Below the pieces are notes generated by a model. It made no database searches. It was not told the DNA's origin and worked only from the letters and a program-made list of their open reading frames with translations. Of a DNA stretch of 58,998 bases, positions 37,097 through 45,944 are shown in pieces (the stretch's first letter is position 1; each line of letters starts with the position of its first letter). Source of the stretch: a virus (lineage: Duplodnaviria > Caudoviricetes). A program made the position numbers and the translations under genes. The stretch lies in IMG/VR virus record IMGVR_UViG_3300034682_000453, positions 1-58,998 of that record, one strand, 5' to 3'.

Positions 37097-37689
37097 GCTG
37101 CGTACCCCATCAGTTGGTTTACTGTATTTTCTGCCTCTTGTTCAGACTTGAATGTTCGACTCAAAATGTGCGTCCACAGCACGCTAAACACCGACTTATA
37201 CAGATCGCCAAACGTAGTCTCATCCATTTTTGAAAACTTGATAGACATTGGCTCTTTCACAATTACACCGCTTGGCATAACCATTTCAGTGAAGTAGCCA
37301 GCCTCCACAGTTGCCCATCGGCGATAAGCATCGAATGACTTAACGATTTGCACTACACGTTCTGATCGCTTTTGTTCCCACCGTGAAAGAAATGACTCTG
37401 CGGCGTTTTCCATCGCATCACGGTCTGCGCCAAACGAGATCAGAAAGTTGGTGTAGTTTTTAATTACGTTCCGCTCTACCTGGCTAAGACTGACAGATAG
37501 AGGCGTCCAATAATCGAATCCAAGATTTAACAGGGAGAAAAATTTCCGGTGAAAACGTGGATTTCGTTTTGACGTGGCAGTGACTTCCAGAAATGCGCCA
37601 ACGGGCAACGCATTCAGGATATCAATATCAGCTTGAGTAGCTGGAGCCAGCAATGAACCTGCCTGCTTGATAAGGCGAAGCTCTGCCAT
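37093..37689 (-). CDS. DUF1367-like nin-region protein
   Basis: RNPRFHRKFFSLLNLGFDYW...KSFDAYRRW...SIKFSKMDE. Confidence 0.8.
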   Translation of the reverse strand: MAELRLIKQAGSLLAPATQADIDILNALPVGAFLEVTATSKRNPRFHRKFFSLLNLGFDYWTPLSVSLSQVERNVIKNYTNFLISFGADRDAMENAAESFLSRWEQKRSERVVQIVKSFDAYRRWATVEAGYFTEMVMPSGVIVKEPMSIKFSKMDETTFGDLYKSVFSVLWTHILSRTFKSEQEAENTVNQLMGYAA

Positions 37690-37877
37690 TACGCACGGCT
37701 CCGGCGGCGATTGCGCAGTTTTCTGGACATACGTTTTGCTCTGGCGACACCAGAAAATCGGGATTGATGAAATTTATTTGGAGTGCCTAGCGACAGGAAT
37801 AGCGGATGCCAAGTCGGTGCGTTATGAAAACCGAGTATTGCGGCAATAGAGCTAAGGATATTTTTGAATTTAAACAC
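37689..37877 (-). CDS. Small basic protein with Arg-rich C-terminus (62 aa)
   Basis: GTG start with GGGAG RBS; C-terminus SGVARAKRMSRKLRNRRRSRA. Confidence 0.55.
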   Translation of the reverse strand: MFKFKNILSSIAAILGFHNAPTWHPLFLSLGTPNKFHQSRFSGVARAKRMSRKLRNRRRSRA

Positions 37878-38208
37878 GCCGTATCTCCCGTTCAATGAAA
37901 TCGAACAGCGGCGCAATGCGGATATGACAAATATCTGAATGCTCAGATACGTCAATTAGTGCAGATTGTTTGGATCATCTGTACTGACGCATCACGCGCG
38001 AGCACAGTGTGTAGCGAGACGGGAACCACCCCGAGAACAACAGTATATCACTGGGTGATCGGATATACAGTGGTTTATTTGCAAAATGCGAAACACAAAC
38101 CAAGTTAAAGCGGATTGTCTAATATGTGTCTAATCTGTCGCCGTAAAATTACATGACCATTGTTTAGGTGGTAACATAATAAAATCATCAGATTACAAGG
38201 GATATAAA

Positions 38209-38754
38209 ATGAACTTCGCCCAGATTAGAGCGCTCGTATCAGGAACCATGCAACTGTATGTGGATTCTGTAGGGATGGAAATTGAAGTTGGCGAGATTTC
38301 TGATGATGACTATAAGCTTCTAACGTCTGGATATGCAGAACTAAACTGGGATTATGGCATTAGCAAACACGGGAATGCTGATAATAGAGTTGAAATGACG
38401 TTTAAATTTCGCAAAGCCAACTCAAAACTTCCTGATGCGGCATTTCTTGGAATTTATGACCTTGGTACAGAAAGCCTTGAGGTTCAATTACTTGAATCAT
38501 TTACCCGTGGAGATAAATCAAATCCAATTACAGGAAGAGCAACGATATTAACGTTAATTGCATCATACTTTTTCCTTGCCGCCGTTGAAGGTTTGTCACT
38601 CTCATTTATAGATGTTGATGGCGAAGAGCTTATCGCGTTCTATGAGCGGTTTGGTTTTTCAAGAGAGGAATCTAGCACAGGAACAAACATGATTATCTCA
38701 ATTATTGATCTGACCAATACGTTTGCTCGTATAGCAGATACATTACAGCAATAA
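38209..38754 (+). CDS. GNAT-like (N-acetyltransferase-fold) moron protein (181 aa)
   Basis: AT-rich, opposite strand to the surrounding operon; C-terminal LIAFYERFGF motif; RBS AAGGG. Confidence 0.7.
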   Translation: MNFAQIRALVSGTMQLYVDSVGMEIEVGEISDDDYKLLTSGYAELNWDYGISKHGNADNRVEMTFKFRKANSKLPDAAFLGIYDLGTESLEVQLLESFTRGDKSNPITGRATILTLIASYFFLAAVEGLSLSFIDVDGEELIAFYERFGFSREESSTGTNMIISIIDLTNTFARIADTLQQ

Positions 38755-38899
38755 AAACTCATCGACTGAAAAAATTAAACCTGTAGAATACGGCGCCCAA
38801 CAAGCACAGTTATCGCAAGTTTAGTTACTCAGTAATTGACATAATGATGTTTATACCTCATAACATAAATAAAAGCGTTAATGCACCCAAGGAGGCGGT

Positions 38900-39076
38900 A
38901 TGACTCATAAACGTTATACCAAAGAAAAAGACTTAAGCGCAGGTTCTGTTTATGCTCGCGTAGGTAAAGCTCTTGATCTTTTACAAAAAGCATCTCCAGC
39001 ATTGATGTCTGATAGTTGTCGAGTTTCTGCAAAAGAAACGGTCGGCCCAAGAAAATCAAGCAAACAAGCTGCTTAA
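38900..39076 (+). CDS. Small basic protein (58 aa), not in the ORF track
   Basis: AAGGAGG RBS; MTHKRYTKEKDLSAGSVYARVGKALDLLQKAS...KQAA; followed by a terminator. Confidence 0.65.
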   Translation: MTHKRYTKEKDLSAGSVYARVGKALDLLQKASPALMSDSCRVSAKETVGPRKSSKQAA

Positions 39077-39091
39077 TATTACAAATTCACA

Positions 39092-39122
39092 GAAGCCCCA
39101 CTAGTTGGGGCTTTGCTTTTTC
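39092..39122. terminator. Intrinsic terminator closing the GNAT-like moron
   Basis: AAGCCCCA-CTAGT-TGGGGCTT then a T-rich tail. Confidence 0.7.
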
Positions 39123-39155
39123 TGGATTACATCAACTCCACTAACTCACTCCTGA

Positions 39156-39509
39156 TTATACATATAACTGACAACCCAATCCCATGGGTATTCCACTCAA
39201 AAGCGCCTGCGTTACAATTGGCAGGCCTTTTACGTCAATTGCTGTTCGTGTTTCTGGTTTTATTTTAGTGATTCGGAAATAGATAAACTTGTCTGGCTTA
39301 ACACCTTCCCTGCGCTCGATGGTGTATCCATCAAATCCGTACTTATAACCGTGATTTAACACAGCCCTGATCCGCTGGTCTGAGTAATCACAATCTTTCA
39401 TGGCGTCGACGCATCGAAACCAATCATAACCAGCCATAGTGCGGCAGATTTTATCGCTGGCCTTGGTGAGCACCTCTTCGCGCTCGAGTAAAGTTCGATG
39501 ACCTGTCAT
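39156..39509 (-). CDS. Hypothetical protein (117 aa)
   Basis: ATGA-coupled to the upstream gene. Confidence 0.6.
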   Translation of the reverse strand: MTGHRTLLEREEVLTKASDKICRTMAGYDWFRCVDAMKDCDYSDQRIRAVLNHGYKYGFDGYTIERREGVKPDKFIYFRITKIKPETRTAIDVKGLPIVTQALLSGIPMGLGCQLYV

Positions 39510-40288
39510 TTCACTACCTTCCCATATTCACCAGCTAAGATGCTGTTTAACGCATCGGCATCGGCTTGAGATATGTACGCATGAACATTACCGTTCTGAT
39601 AACCAACAAGCCTAAGGCACTCGTCCTTGTACTCTCCGCCCTTGCCGCGAAGGCATTGCAGCATGGCATTAGCCGGATAATCGTGAGGCTTGAGGCCATT
39701 AATCACATACAAAATACGATGCAGGTCTGATAATTTCTTGTCATGGTCACCATGCGTTGACCAAGTACTGAACCACTGGCTGAGCGCACAACGCAGAATG
39801 ATTTTCTTGCTAAACGCCATTGGTTTATTCGTTTTGTATCCCGGAGTGATAGACCGGAATACATCGACTACACTCTGCTTGAATATCTCATCAGCGTTCT
39901 GGTGTAGGGATTTAACCAACTCATTCACGGCTTGCACTGATACGGTTTCTGGGTCGTTGTAAATCTCATCCATTTTGGCGTCATATTGGCTTGCTGACAT
40001 CATCCGTTTGATACCCGCTACATCCATAAGCCCTTTCCAGATCGTTGAGTCAATCCGTTTAACGATCATCTCCATCGTTTTGCCGGTGGCGCCTTCCCGG
40101 CAAAAATAATCAAGGCTTTGTCGATGACCGCTGAAAAGTAAACTCCCTAACGGCTGTCGCTGTGCAGCACTGAAATGATCTTGCGCTTCTTTGATCAATC
40201 TGGCCGCATCAAGCAGCTTCTGTACGGCTAAATCACGCTGACCACAAATCTCTTTAACCGAGGCCGGTAACGCTAAAGAAGTAGTCAT
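39506..40288 (-). CDS. DUF4942-like protein (260 aa)
   Basis: IDSTIWKGLM...VVDVFRSITPGYKTN...FSKKII...GYQNGNVH pattern. Confidence 0.65.
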   Translation of the reverse strand: MTTSLALPASVKEICGQRDLAVQKLLDAARLIKEAQDHFSAAQRQPLGSLLFSGHRQSLDYFCREGATGKTMEMIVKRIDSTIWKGLMDVAGIKRMMSASQYDAKMDEIYNDPETVSVQAVNELVKSLHQNADEIFKQSVVDVFRSITPGYKTNKPMAFSKKIILRCALSQWFSTWSTHGDHDKKLSDLHRILYVINGLKPHDYPANAMLQCLRGKGGEYKDECLRLVGYQNGNVHAYISQADADALNSILAGEYGKVVK

Positions 40289-40443
40289 GCTGCCACCATC
40301 ACCTGGCGATCACTTAACACCATCTGGATTTCGGCAATTTCATCTTCCAGCACTTCGCGCTCCGCATCGATAGCTCTCGCATGCTGTGTTCTGGCTGTGA
40401 GTAACTCTTGCAGCTCATCGTTGGATAGTTTTGCGAAGTTCAT
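40285..40443 (-). CDS. Small coiled-coil protein (52 aa), not in the ORF track
   Basis: MNFAKLSNDELQELLTART...; fills the gap between dnaB and the next gene with an ATGA overlap. Confidence 0.6.
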   Translation of the reverse strand: MNFAKLSNDELQELLTARTQHARAIDAEREVLEDEIAEIQMVLSDRQVMVAA

Positions 40444-40445
40444 GA

Positions 40446-41909
40446 CTAAAATTCCTTATCCTTGAAATAACCGCCTTTTTTTTGAGATTTAATGGCGGCC
40501 TTTTCTTCTTTAATTCGGTTTGCTTCTTCTTCAATTCGTCCATGAATAGCAGCAACGCTTGTCTGATCAACATCCAGATATCGGCCATTCACGAACTTGG
40601 TGTAAATCGTTCCGGTGAACCCCTCTCGGTTGAGGCGGACAATAATTTCTGCAATGTCTTGCAACTCGACATTGATCTTGTCGTTGTAAACAACATCTCT
40701 GTATAGACCGATCCACAGATCGCAATCCTGCTCAATTTGGCCCGTATCACGACTATCAGATGGCTGAGGGCGTTTATCCGGACGCTGTTCAAGTTGGCGG
40801 TTTAATTGGGTCAACAGCAGAACTGGACAGGCCATTTCTTTGGCGAGATTCTTTAGCCCTTTGGTGATGTTTCCGTAAGCCAGATCGTTACGCTCTGCCT
40901 TCTCCGCTTTCATCAGCGTGAGATAGTCGATGGCAATCAATCCAACACAACCATGCTTGCGTCGAATTCGTCTGGCCTCACTGACAACGTGAGACATGGA
41001 TATGCCCGGTGTGTCATCGATGTAGAGATTTGATAGCGCCAAATCACCTGCTACGGCGCAAGCCTTTTGCATCTGAGATCGGTCACTGTTTGGTGTCCAA
41101 AACACATTACTGTCCACGCTTGATTCCTGAGATACCATGCGTTCCCACAGTTGGATGTTTGACATTTCCAAGCTGAATGCGATAACCGGCTTTTTGGCGA
41201 TCAGCGTGGTGTTATTAACCCATCTCGCCAGAAATGCTGTCTTACCCATTTTTGGTCTGGCACCAACAGCAACCAGCGCCCCAGCGAGAATACCCTTTGG
41301 ATACAGGGCTGCATCAAGATCAGCGAATCCGGTTGTAAATCCAACTACCTCACCAGCTTTGCGCTTTGACCTCTCATCAAGTTCATCAGTCCACTTAAGC
41401 GCTATTTCTCTCGCCGATACCGCGCCCTTGTGCATGCCGCTTGATCTAGCCACTTCAAGCTCACCCAGCAAGCGGGAAGCCGCTTCAAATCGCTCCTCGT
41501 TTGTGGTTAGCTCAGTTGTCATCATCGCTTCAATGGCTTCGTTGTATTTCGCAATAGCCTGACGGCGCAATGAATTATCTTTCACGATCCGAGCGTAGGC
41601 TTTGATGTTTGCGGCGCTTGGTGTCAGCTTGGCGACTTGGCCCAAATAGGCATGCCCACCAACATCCTCGATCGTCCCGTTGACCTCCATCTCGTTCATC
41701 ACAGTCAAAAAGTCGATGTTGTCCCGTCTTGCTGCCAGCGTTTGCATGGCGGTGAACATCAACCGATGCGGCCGGCTGTAAAAATCATCGGCAACCAGTT
41801 TCAGTTCAAGCAACTTTGAGCCATCCAAGATCAACCCACCAAGAACCGATTGCTCTGCTTCGTGGCTTTGGGGCGGCAGTACGCCAAGGTTTTCAGCAAA
41901 AGCGTTCAT
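40446..41909 (-). CDS. dnaB: Replicative DNA helicase DnaB-like
   Basis: PPQSHEAEQSVLG, GARPKMGKT (Walker A), IDYL, QLNR, SDSRDTGQIEQDCD. Confidence 0.95.
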   Translation of the reverse strand: MNAFAENLGVLPPQSHEAEQSVLGGLILDGSKLLELKLVADDFYSRPHRLMFTAMQTLAARRDNIDFLTVMNEMEVNGTIEDVGGHAYLGQVAKLTPSAANIKAYARIVKDNSLRRQAIAKYNEAIEAMMTTELTTNEERFEAASRLLGELEVARSSGMHKGAVSAREIALKWTDELDERSKRKAGEVVGFTTGFADLDAALYPKGILAGALVAVGARPKMGKTAFLARWVNNTTLIAKKPVIAFSLEMSNIQLWERMVSQESSVDSNVFWTPNSDRSQMQKACAVAGDLALSNLYIDDTPGISMSHVVSEARRIRRKHGCVGLIAIDYLTLMKAEKAERNDLAYGNITKGLKNLAKEMACPVLLLTQLNRQLEQRPDKRPQPSDSRDTGQIEQDCDLWIGLYRDVVYNDKINVELQDIAEIIVRLNREGFTGTIYTKFVNGRYLDVDQTSVAAIHGRIEEEANRIKEEKAAIKSQKKGGYFKDKEF

Positions 41910-42883
41910 TCGTCGTCACCCTCGATTTCCAATCGGCTGTCAGCAATGGAGCCCTCTTTGGTCGCTGTCAGCGTGTCTTGGCGTAACACAAAATCAAACG
42001 ATGCCCGCCAGCCTCGGTCGTTGTCACCGAAGTAAAACGGTCTGGCAGTGTGAGCGAATGCGTTCAGGTAGGCCGAGAAACATTCCAGCGTTGGAGCTTT
42101 GAGCAGTGGCAATAGTTTTTTCAGTGCTCGTTTACGCTTGTCGTTCATGACTGTACAGGTCGGTAATCTGTCGCCAAAGATCTCGTTGTAAGAATCCGCA
42201 AAGGCTTGGAAATTAATCGTCGGTTGTTTTGCTGCTGACGATTTTTTCTTGTCGCCAGCATCTGGCAATTCTGCGCCAGCAGATTGCGAGTCACCGAAGG
42301 GGACTATAGGGGTTTTATTTAAGATCTCTTTATACTGTCGTTGGTCGTTGGTCTGGTCGTTTAACTGGTCGTTGGTCTGGTCGTTGCCACCATCTAAAGC
42401 CTTATGTGGCGCGGGTTCTGGCTGGTCGTTGGTCTGGTCGTTTAACTGGTCGTTGGTCTGGTCGTTATTTTCACCGTTTTTAGGGTCAAAAACGGGCTGA
42501 TAAACGTCATATTTCAGCAGTGTAATGATCGTAAATCCATTCACGCCTTTCTTGGTTTCAACCCTGATCCGGTCCTCACTTTCAAACGCTTTTAGCGCAG
42601 CCTTTACGCACGATTCAGTTAAACCACAATCGAATGCGAGCTGCTTTCTAGAAGTCACTACCTGCCCTCTTTTGCGATTAACCAGAGCGCCGTTAAATGT
42701 GATGACTTTGCTTGTGTAGTTCGCATCCAGGATCAAGTGTACCCACAGCGCTACACGCTCAGGATTTCGTTTAAATGAACAATTTTTCAAGGTGCGCGAC
42801 AGAAGTACAAAGCTTGTATCTTTGCTTTCCATATCGCCGTTGCTCTTGTTTATCGGGAATTTAATTACTCTTGCGGTATTCAT
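41906..42883 (-). CDS. Replication initiator (lambda O-analogue)
   Basis: N-terminal wHTH (RGQVVTSRKQLAFDCGL), central repeats, C-terminal GDNDRGWRASFDFVLR. Confidence 0.85.
   Translation of the reverse strand: MNTARVIKFPINKSNGDMESKDTSFVLLSRTLKNCSFKRNPERVALWVHLILDANYTSKVITFNGALVNRKRGQVVTSRKQLAFDCGLTESCVKAALKAFESEDRIRVETKKGVNGFTIITLLKYDVYQPVFDPKNGENNDQTNDQLNDQTNDQPEPAPHKALDGGNDQTNDQLNDQTNDQRQYKEILNKTPIVPFGDSQSAGAELPDAGDKKKSSAAKQPTINFQAFADSYNEIFGDRLPTCTVMNDKRKRALKKLLPLLKAPTLECFSAYLNAFAHTARPFYFGDNDRGWRASFDFVLRQDTLTATKEGSIADSRLEIEGDDE
42342..42466. repeat. Iteron-like repeats / probable replication origin
   Basis: Two identical 44-bp blocks (42342-42385 and 42423-42466), each four 12-bp-period TGGTCGTT units, encoding NDQTNDQLNDQTNDQ. 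Confidence 0.8.
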
Positions 42884-42885
42884 GA

Positions 42886-43008
42886 TTAAATCCCCAGCTC
42901 ATCAGCCAGCCTGCGGATCGCGTTCTGGTATTCTTGGTTGGTTAAATTTTGCTTTTGCAGATCAGCTTTGCGTTGTTCGTAAATCTGCCAAACGGTTTGA
43001 TCGCTCAT
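42886..43008 (-). CDS. Small protein (40 aa)
   Basis: GGAG RBS and ATG 43008; MSDQTVWQIYEQRKADL...ADELGI. Confidence 0.6.
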   Translation of the reverse strand: MSDQTVWQIYEQRKADLQKQNLTNQEYQNAIRRLADELGI

Positions 43009-43178
43009 GCTGGCACTCCTACCTGAATTAATACGCGATTGTTTATCAGCGGAGTAACCAGCACGCAGCGCGATTCCCCTACCCACTGTTTCCCAATTAA
43101 CTGGAATCCGTTTAACTTCATCCAAATTGGCACAAATTTCTTTTCAATCTTTACTGGCTCATCAGTTGGCGCTATCAT
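43005..43178 (-). CDS. Small protein (57 aa), not in the ORF track
   Basis: AAGGA RBS; MIAPTDEPVKIEKKF...; ATGA overlap with the next gene. Confidence 0.55.
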   Translation of the reverse strand: MIAPTDEPVKIEKKFVPIWMKLNGFQLIGKQWVGESRCVLVTPLINNRVLIQVGVPA

Positions 43179-43443
43179 TTGTATATTCCTTTGACGCTAT
43201 CGAAGTGAATCAATGCCCTGGGCTGCTACAACAGCGCCGGGGCTTTTTTATTAGTGATAAACTACTTCCTGATCAATTTCTGCCCCAACTGAACATGGGG
43301 TTTCTAGGCACGACCTACTGAGCATTAATCCGCTACGCTTTTGTAAACAAACGGTTAGCTCAGACATAAGGTTTCGTGACAATGCTTCCATTACTTTTTC
43401 CTCTAAATCAGTTTTATCGTCGTCCATTTATTGGCTTCTCTCG

Positions 43444-43704
43444 CTACCCGTTAACTATGTCTAAAACATCCTTTTCGCTAACCCCAAGCTCACGTGCAGT
43501 AGTTTTAACCACACGGCTAAATAGCTCTGGCTGCTCATCTCGTATTTTTTGCATCCCCATTTTTATCAGGAGTGATGCGCCAGAACCTGGGCGCGATCTG
43601 ATGGAGAAGCACGTATTGTTTAACAGCGAGATAAATGAGCGGTTACCTCGCACTCGTGGCCCATCAATGGAAATTTTATCGATTGGTAAACTTGGTCTTG
43701 GCAT
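43444..43704 (-). CDS. Hypothetical regulator at the cII position (86 aa)
   Basis: GAGG RBS; directly downstream of cro. Confidence 0.55.
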   Translation of the reverse strand: MPRPSLPIDKISIDGPRVRGNRSFISLLNNTCFSIRSRPGSGASLLIKMGMQKIRDEQPELFSRVVKTTARELGVSEKDVLDIVNG

Positions 43705-43744
43705 GGGTACTACCTCTATTGGATGTGGTGTCCGATTGATTTTG

Positions 43745-43981
43745 TTATGCAGCTTCGCTGCTGGTTTCAGCCTGAACAGGTTTACCCGTCAGGAAGTTGA
43801 AATACTTTTCTGCCTCTTCATCCATGGCCAAAGCTCCATTGCTAAGATGGAAGGCTCGGATCTGCAGCTGTGTGGAAGGTCTTCCATATCTAGCCTTGCT
43901 AATGGATGCCTTGCTGAACCCAAGAGCCTCAACAGCTACCTTGTTTCTGCCGAAATGCTTAATTATGTCGTCATGAGTCAT
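43745..43981 (-). CDS. cro: Cro-like repressor (78 aa)
   Basis: IIKHFGRNKVAVEALGFSKASISKA HTH; GAGGAG RBS; divergent from cI. Confidence 0.85.
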   Translation of the reverse strand: MTHDDIIKHFGRNKVAVEALGFSKASISKARYGRPSTQLQIRAFHLSNGALAMDEEAEKYFNFLTGKPVQAETSSEAA

Positions 43982-44002
43982 ATACTCCTCCAATTGAACA
44001 AA

Positions 44003-44065
44003 GTTTATATCTCGAAACAAAACAAAGCAACATATCGAAACATTATTTTGTTTACCATTAGAAAC
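44003..44065. promoter_or_regulatory. Three OR-like operators
   Basis: 16-mers GTTTATATCTCGAAAC (44003), AGCAACATATCGAAAC (44026) and GTTTACCATTAGAAAC (44050), 23-24 bp apart. Confidence 0.75.
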
Positions 44066-44087
44066 AAAGTAATCAGTGGTAAGTTTT

Positions 44088-44750
44088 ATGAATAACGAAT
44101 GGTTCAGCGATCGCCTTGTCGGTTTGGCTAATAAGAATGGTCTTAAGCAAGTTGATATCGTCAGGATTACTGGCGCATCAAGAGCGTCTGTTAGTAAGTG
44201 GTTTGCAGGGATTTCTGTTCCAGATTCAACTTACCTGGCGAAGCTATCTGAACATTTCGAAGTGTCAGTAAATTGGTTGCTAACAGGTAAAGACGGATCT
44301 GTAGGTCACGAAATATCTGTACTAAATGAATACAGGCCTCGCAAAGTTCCTTTGTTATCTAATGTTCAGGCGGGCATGTGGAGTGATACTGGATGCACAG
44401 ATCCACTAATGTCATGTTCTGAATGGGTAAATACAACGGAAGATGTTTCTGAAAATGCATTTGCGTTAACAGTTCGTGGTGACAGTATGTATAACCCAGC
44501 TGATCGCAGAAGTCTGATTGATGGCGCGGTCGTTATTGTTGATACCGCATTCAACCCTGACCCATCAGACCTAAACCATAAGATTGTTGTGGCTATGCTT
44601 GACGGAACTAATGAGGCAACAATAAAAGAGTTTGTGAGAGATGGAGCGAGCGTCTATCTAAAACCGCTAAACCCTAGATACCCAATCATCCCCGTTGATA
44701 GCAATTGCAGAATTGTTGCCGTTGCAAAAGAAGGTAAAATTAAACTTTAA
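44088..44750 (+). CDS. cI: CI repressor, HTH plus S24 autopeptidase
   Basis: N-terminal HTH; VQAG cleavage site; VRGDSM catalytic Ser; ATIKE catalytic Lys. Confidence 0.95.
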   Translation: MNNEWFSDRLVGLANKNGLKQVDIVRITGASRASVSKWFAGISVPDSTYLAKLSEHFEVSVNWLLTGKDGSVGHEISVLNEYRPRKVPLLSNVQAGMWSDTGCTDPLMSCSEWVNTTEDVSENAFALTVRGDSMYNPADRRSLIDGAVVIVDTAFNPDPSDLNHKIVVAMLDGTNEATIKEFVRDGASVYLKPLNPRYPIIPVDSNCRIVAVAKEGKIKL

Positions 44751-44796
44751 AAAACCTGAAAATGTCGATGTTTAGCATAAGGATGTGAACTTGATA

Positions 44797-45279
44797 ATGT
44801 CATTAAACTATTCATCCGTATTTTTGCGAATAGCTCGCGTTATAGCTTTCTTGCTCGCCATATTAACTATAAATAATAGTTATGCTGAATTCGTCATTTC
44901 TGGTGAGGATAGTTGCTTAGGAAATAATGCCTATGCTTATTATTTTTCAGAAAATGCGCCATTCCCTGATTTTTCAGTGAAAGTGAATGAATTTTCTCCA
45001 TTCCAAGACTTAACATTTAAGCTTGTCGATGATCCTATGCAAGCAGATCTTGTATTTGTTGATGGAGCTGAAAACTCCGATATGAAGGTTTGTAAAAACA
45101 GGACTAGCATTGGCGTAAAAACAATTAAAGTATCTGAATTCATTGCATTTCCAAATATAACGGTAAGGCTTTCTGAGTACCCAGCAACCTATGATTACAA
45201 AATTTTTATTTCCTCAAGTGAATTCACAAAAGAAGAAGTCGCTGCGCTTTTTGCAGTTATATGGAAATCCAAAAAATAA
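44797..45279 (+). CDS. Exported protein of unknown function (~160 aa)
   Basis: Signal peptide ending SYA; internal duplication of a VKVxEFxxFxDLT-like segment; start uncertain (GTG 44785 or ATG 44797). Confidence 0.6.
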   Translation: MSLNYSSVFLRIARVIAFLLAILTINNSYAEFVISGEDSCLGNNAYAYYFSENAPFPDFSVKVNEFSPFQDLTFKLVDDPMQADLVFVDGAENSDMKVCKNRTSIGVKTIKVSEFIAFPNITVRLSEYPATYDYKIFISSSEFTKEEVAALFAVIWKSKK

Positions 45280-45346
45280 TGAATGAAAATAGTCACGCTT
45301 AACTTTTGTTGTTTAAGATAAATGTCACAACCAAAGGATGGTTAAA

Positions 45347-45499
45347 ATGAAAAAACTAGCTTTAGTGTTCATGGCTTTACTATCTATATCTGTCAGTTCT
45401 TCCGTTTTTGCTGGAAACTGCCAGCATGATTCAGATACCGCGGCTGATGGGTCTCGTTGTGGTGGTCGATCTGCTGATTCTCGCCCAGGTGGCGATTAA
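45347..45499 (+). CDS. Small secreted two-Cys peptide (50 aa), not in the ORF track
   Basis: AAGGA RBS; MKKLALVFMALLSISVSSSVFA-GNCQHDSDTAADGSRCGGRSADSRPGGD. Confidence 0.75.
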   Translation: MKKLALVFMALLSISVSSSVFAGNCQHDSDTAADGSRCGGRSADSRPGGD

Positions 45500-45500
45500 A

Positions 45501-45797
45501 ATGAATTTTCGTTTTATTTTGGACACCTGTTTGTTCCTTCTGACAAGCTGTGCAACATCACCGAAATACACCGTTCTTGACGCTGATGAAAACATGGTTA
45601 AATCATGTACCTTTGTGGAGTCAGTAAGTGGAACGTCAGGTATTGGCGGATTATTTGCTTCACAAGGCGTATCAAATGCAAAGAGTGAGGCGAGATCTCA
45701 GGCTGCAAGCTCAGGTGCAACGCATATTGTTTGGAGTTCAGTTAGTGGTGGCATGACGGCATCAGTAAGCGGAAGCGCCTATAAATGCCCTAAGTAA
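45501..45797 (+). CDS. Lipoprotein (98 aa)
   Basis: Lipobox LTSC; Cys pair and ARSQAASSGATHIVW...GSAYKC pattern. Confidence 0.75.
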   Translation: MNFRFILDTCLFLLTSCATSPKYTVLDADENMVKSCTFVESVSGTSGIGGLFASQGVSNAKSEARSQAASSGATHIVWSSVSGGMTASVSGSAYKCPK

Positions 45798-45814
45798 ACC
45801 ATAACACCTATTCA

Positions 45815-45842
45815 AGGCTGCCATTCGGCGGCCTTTTTTATT
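45815..45842 (+). terminator. Terminator ending the cI operon
   Basis: AGGCTGCC-ATTC-GGCGGCCT followed by TTTTT. Confidence 0.75.
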
Positions 45843-45869
45843 CCCCGAAGAAACACGAGTCCGATCACA

Positions 45870-45944
45870 AAAGTAACCTCGAAACAGAAATGTTAACTTT
45901 GCGAAACATTTATTCTTGACTAAAAAGTTTCGATGAATTAACTT
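45870..45944 (+). promoter_or_regulatory. pL-like promoter with three OL-like operators
   Basis: TTGACT (45916)-17 bp-TAACTT (45939); 16-mers at 45870, 45892 and 45927 (inverted) match the OR consensus GTTWA-N5-CGAAAC. Confidence 0.75.

Noticed and set aside
38051-38070. LexA (SOS) box CTGGGTGATCGGATATACAG
   Set aside because: CTG-to-CAG spacing is 14 rather than 10; it fits only if the central GATC is removed
42886-43125. 79-aa ORF with a TTG start
   Set aside because: Better explained as two coupled genes, 43005-43178 and 42886-43008, each with an RBS
43376-44095. 239-aa plus-strand ORF
   Set aside because: Antisense to cro and the cII-position gene and crosses the operators; no recognisable motif
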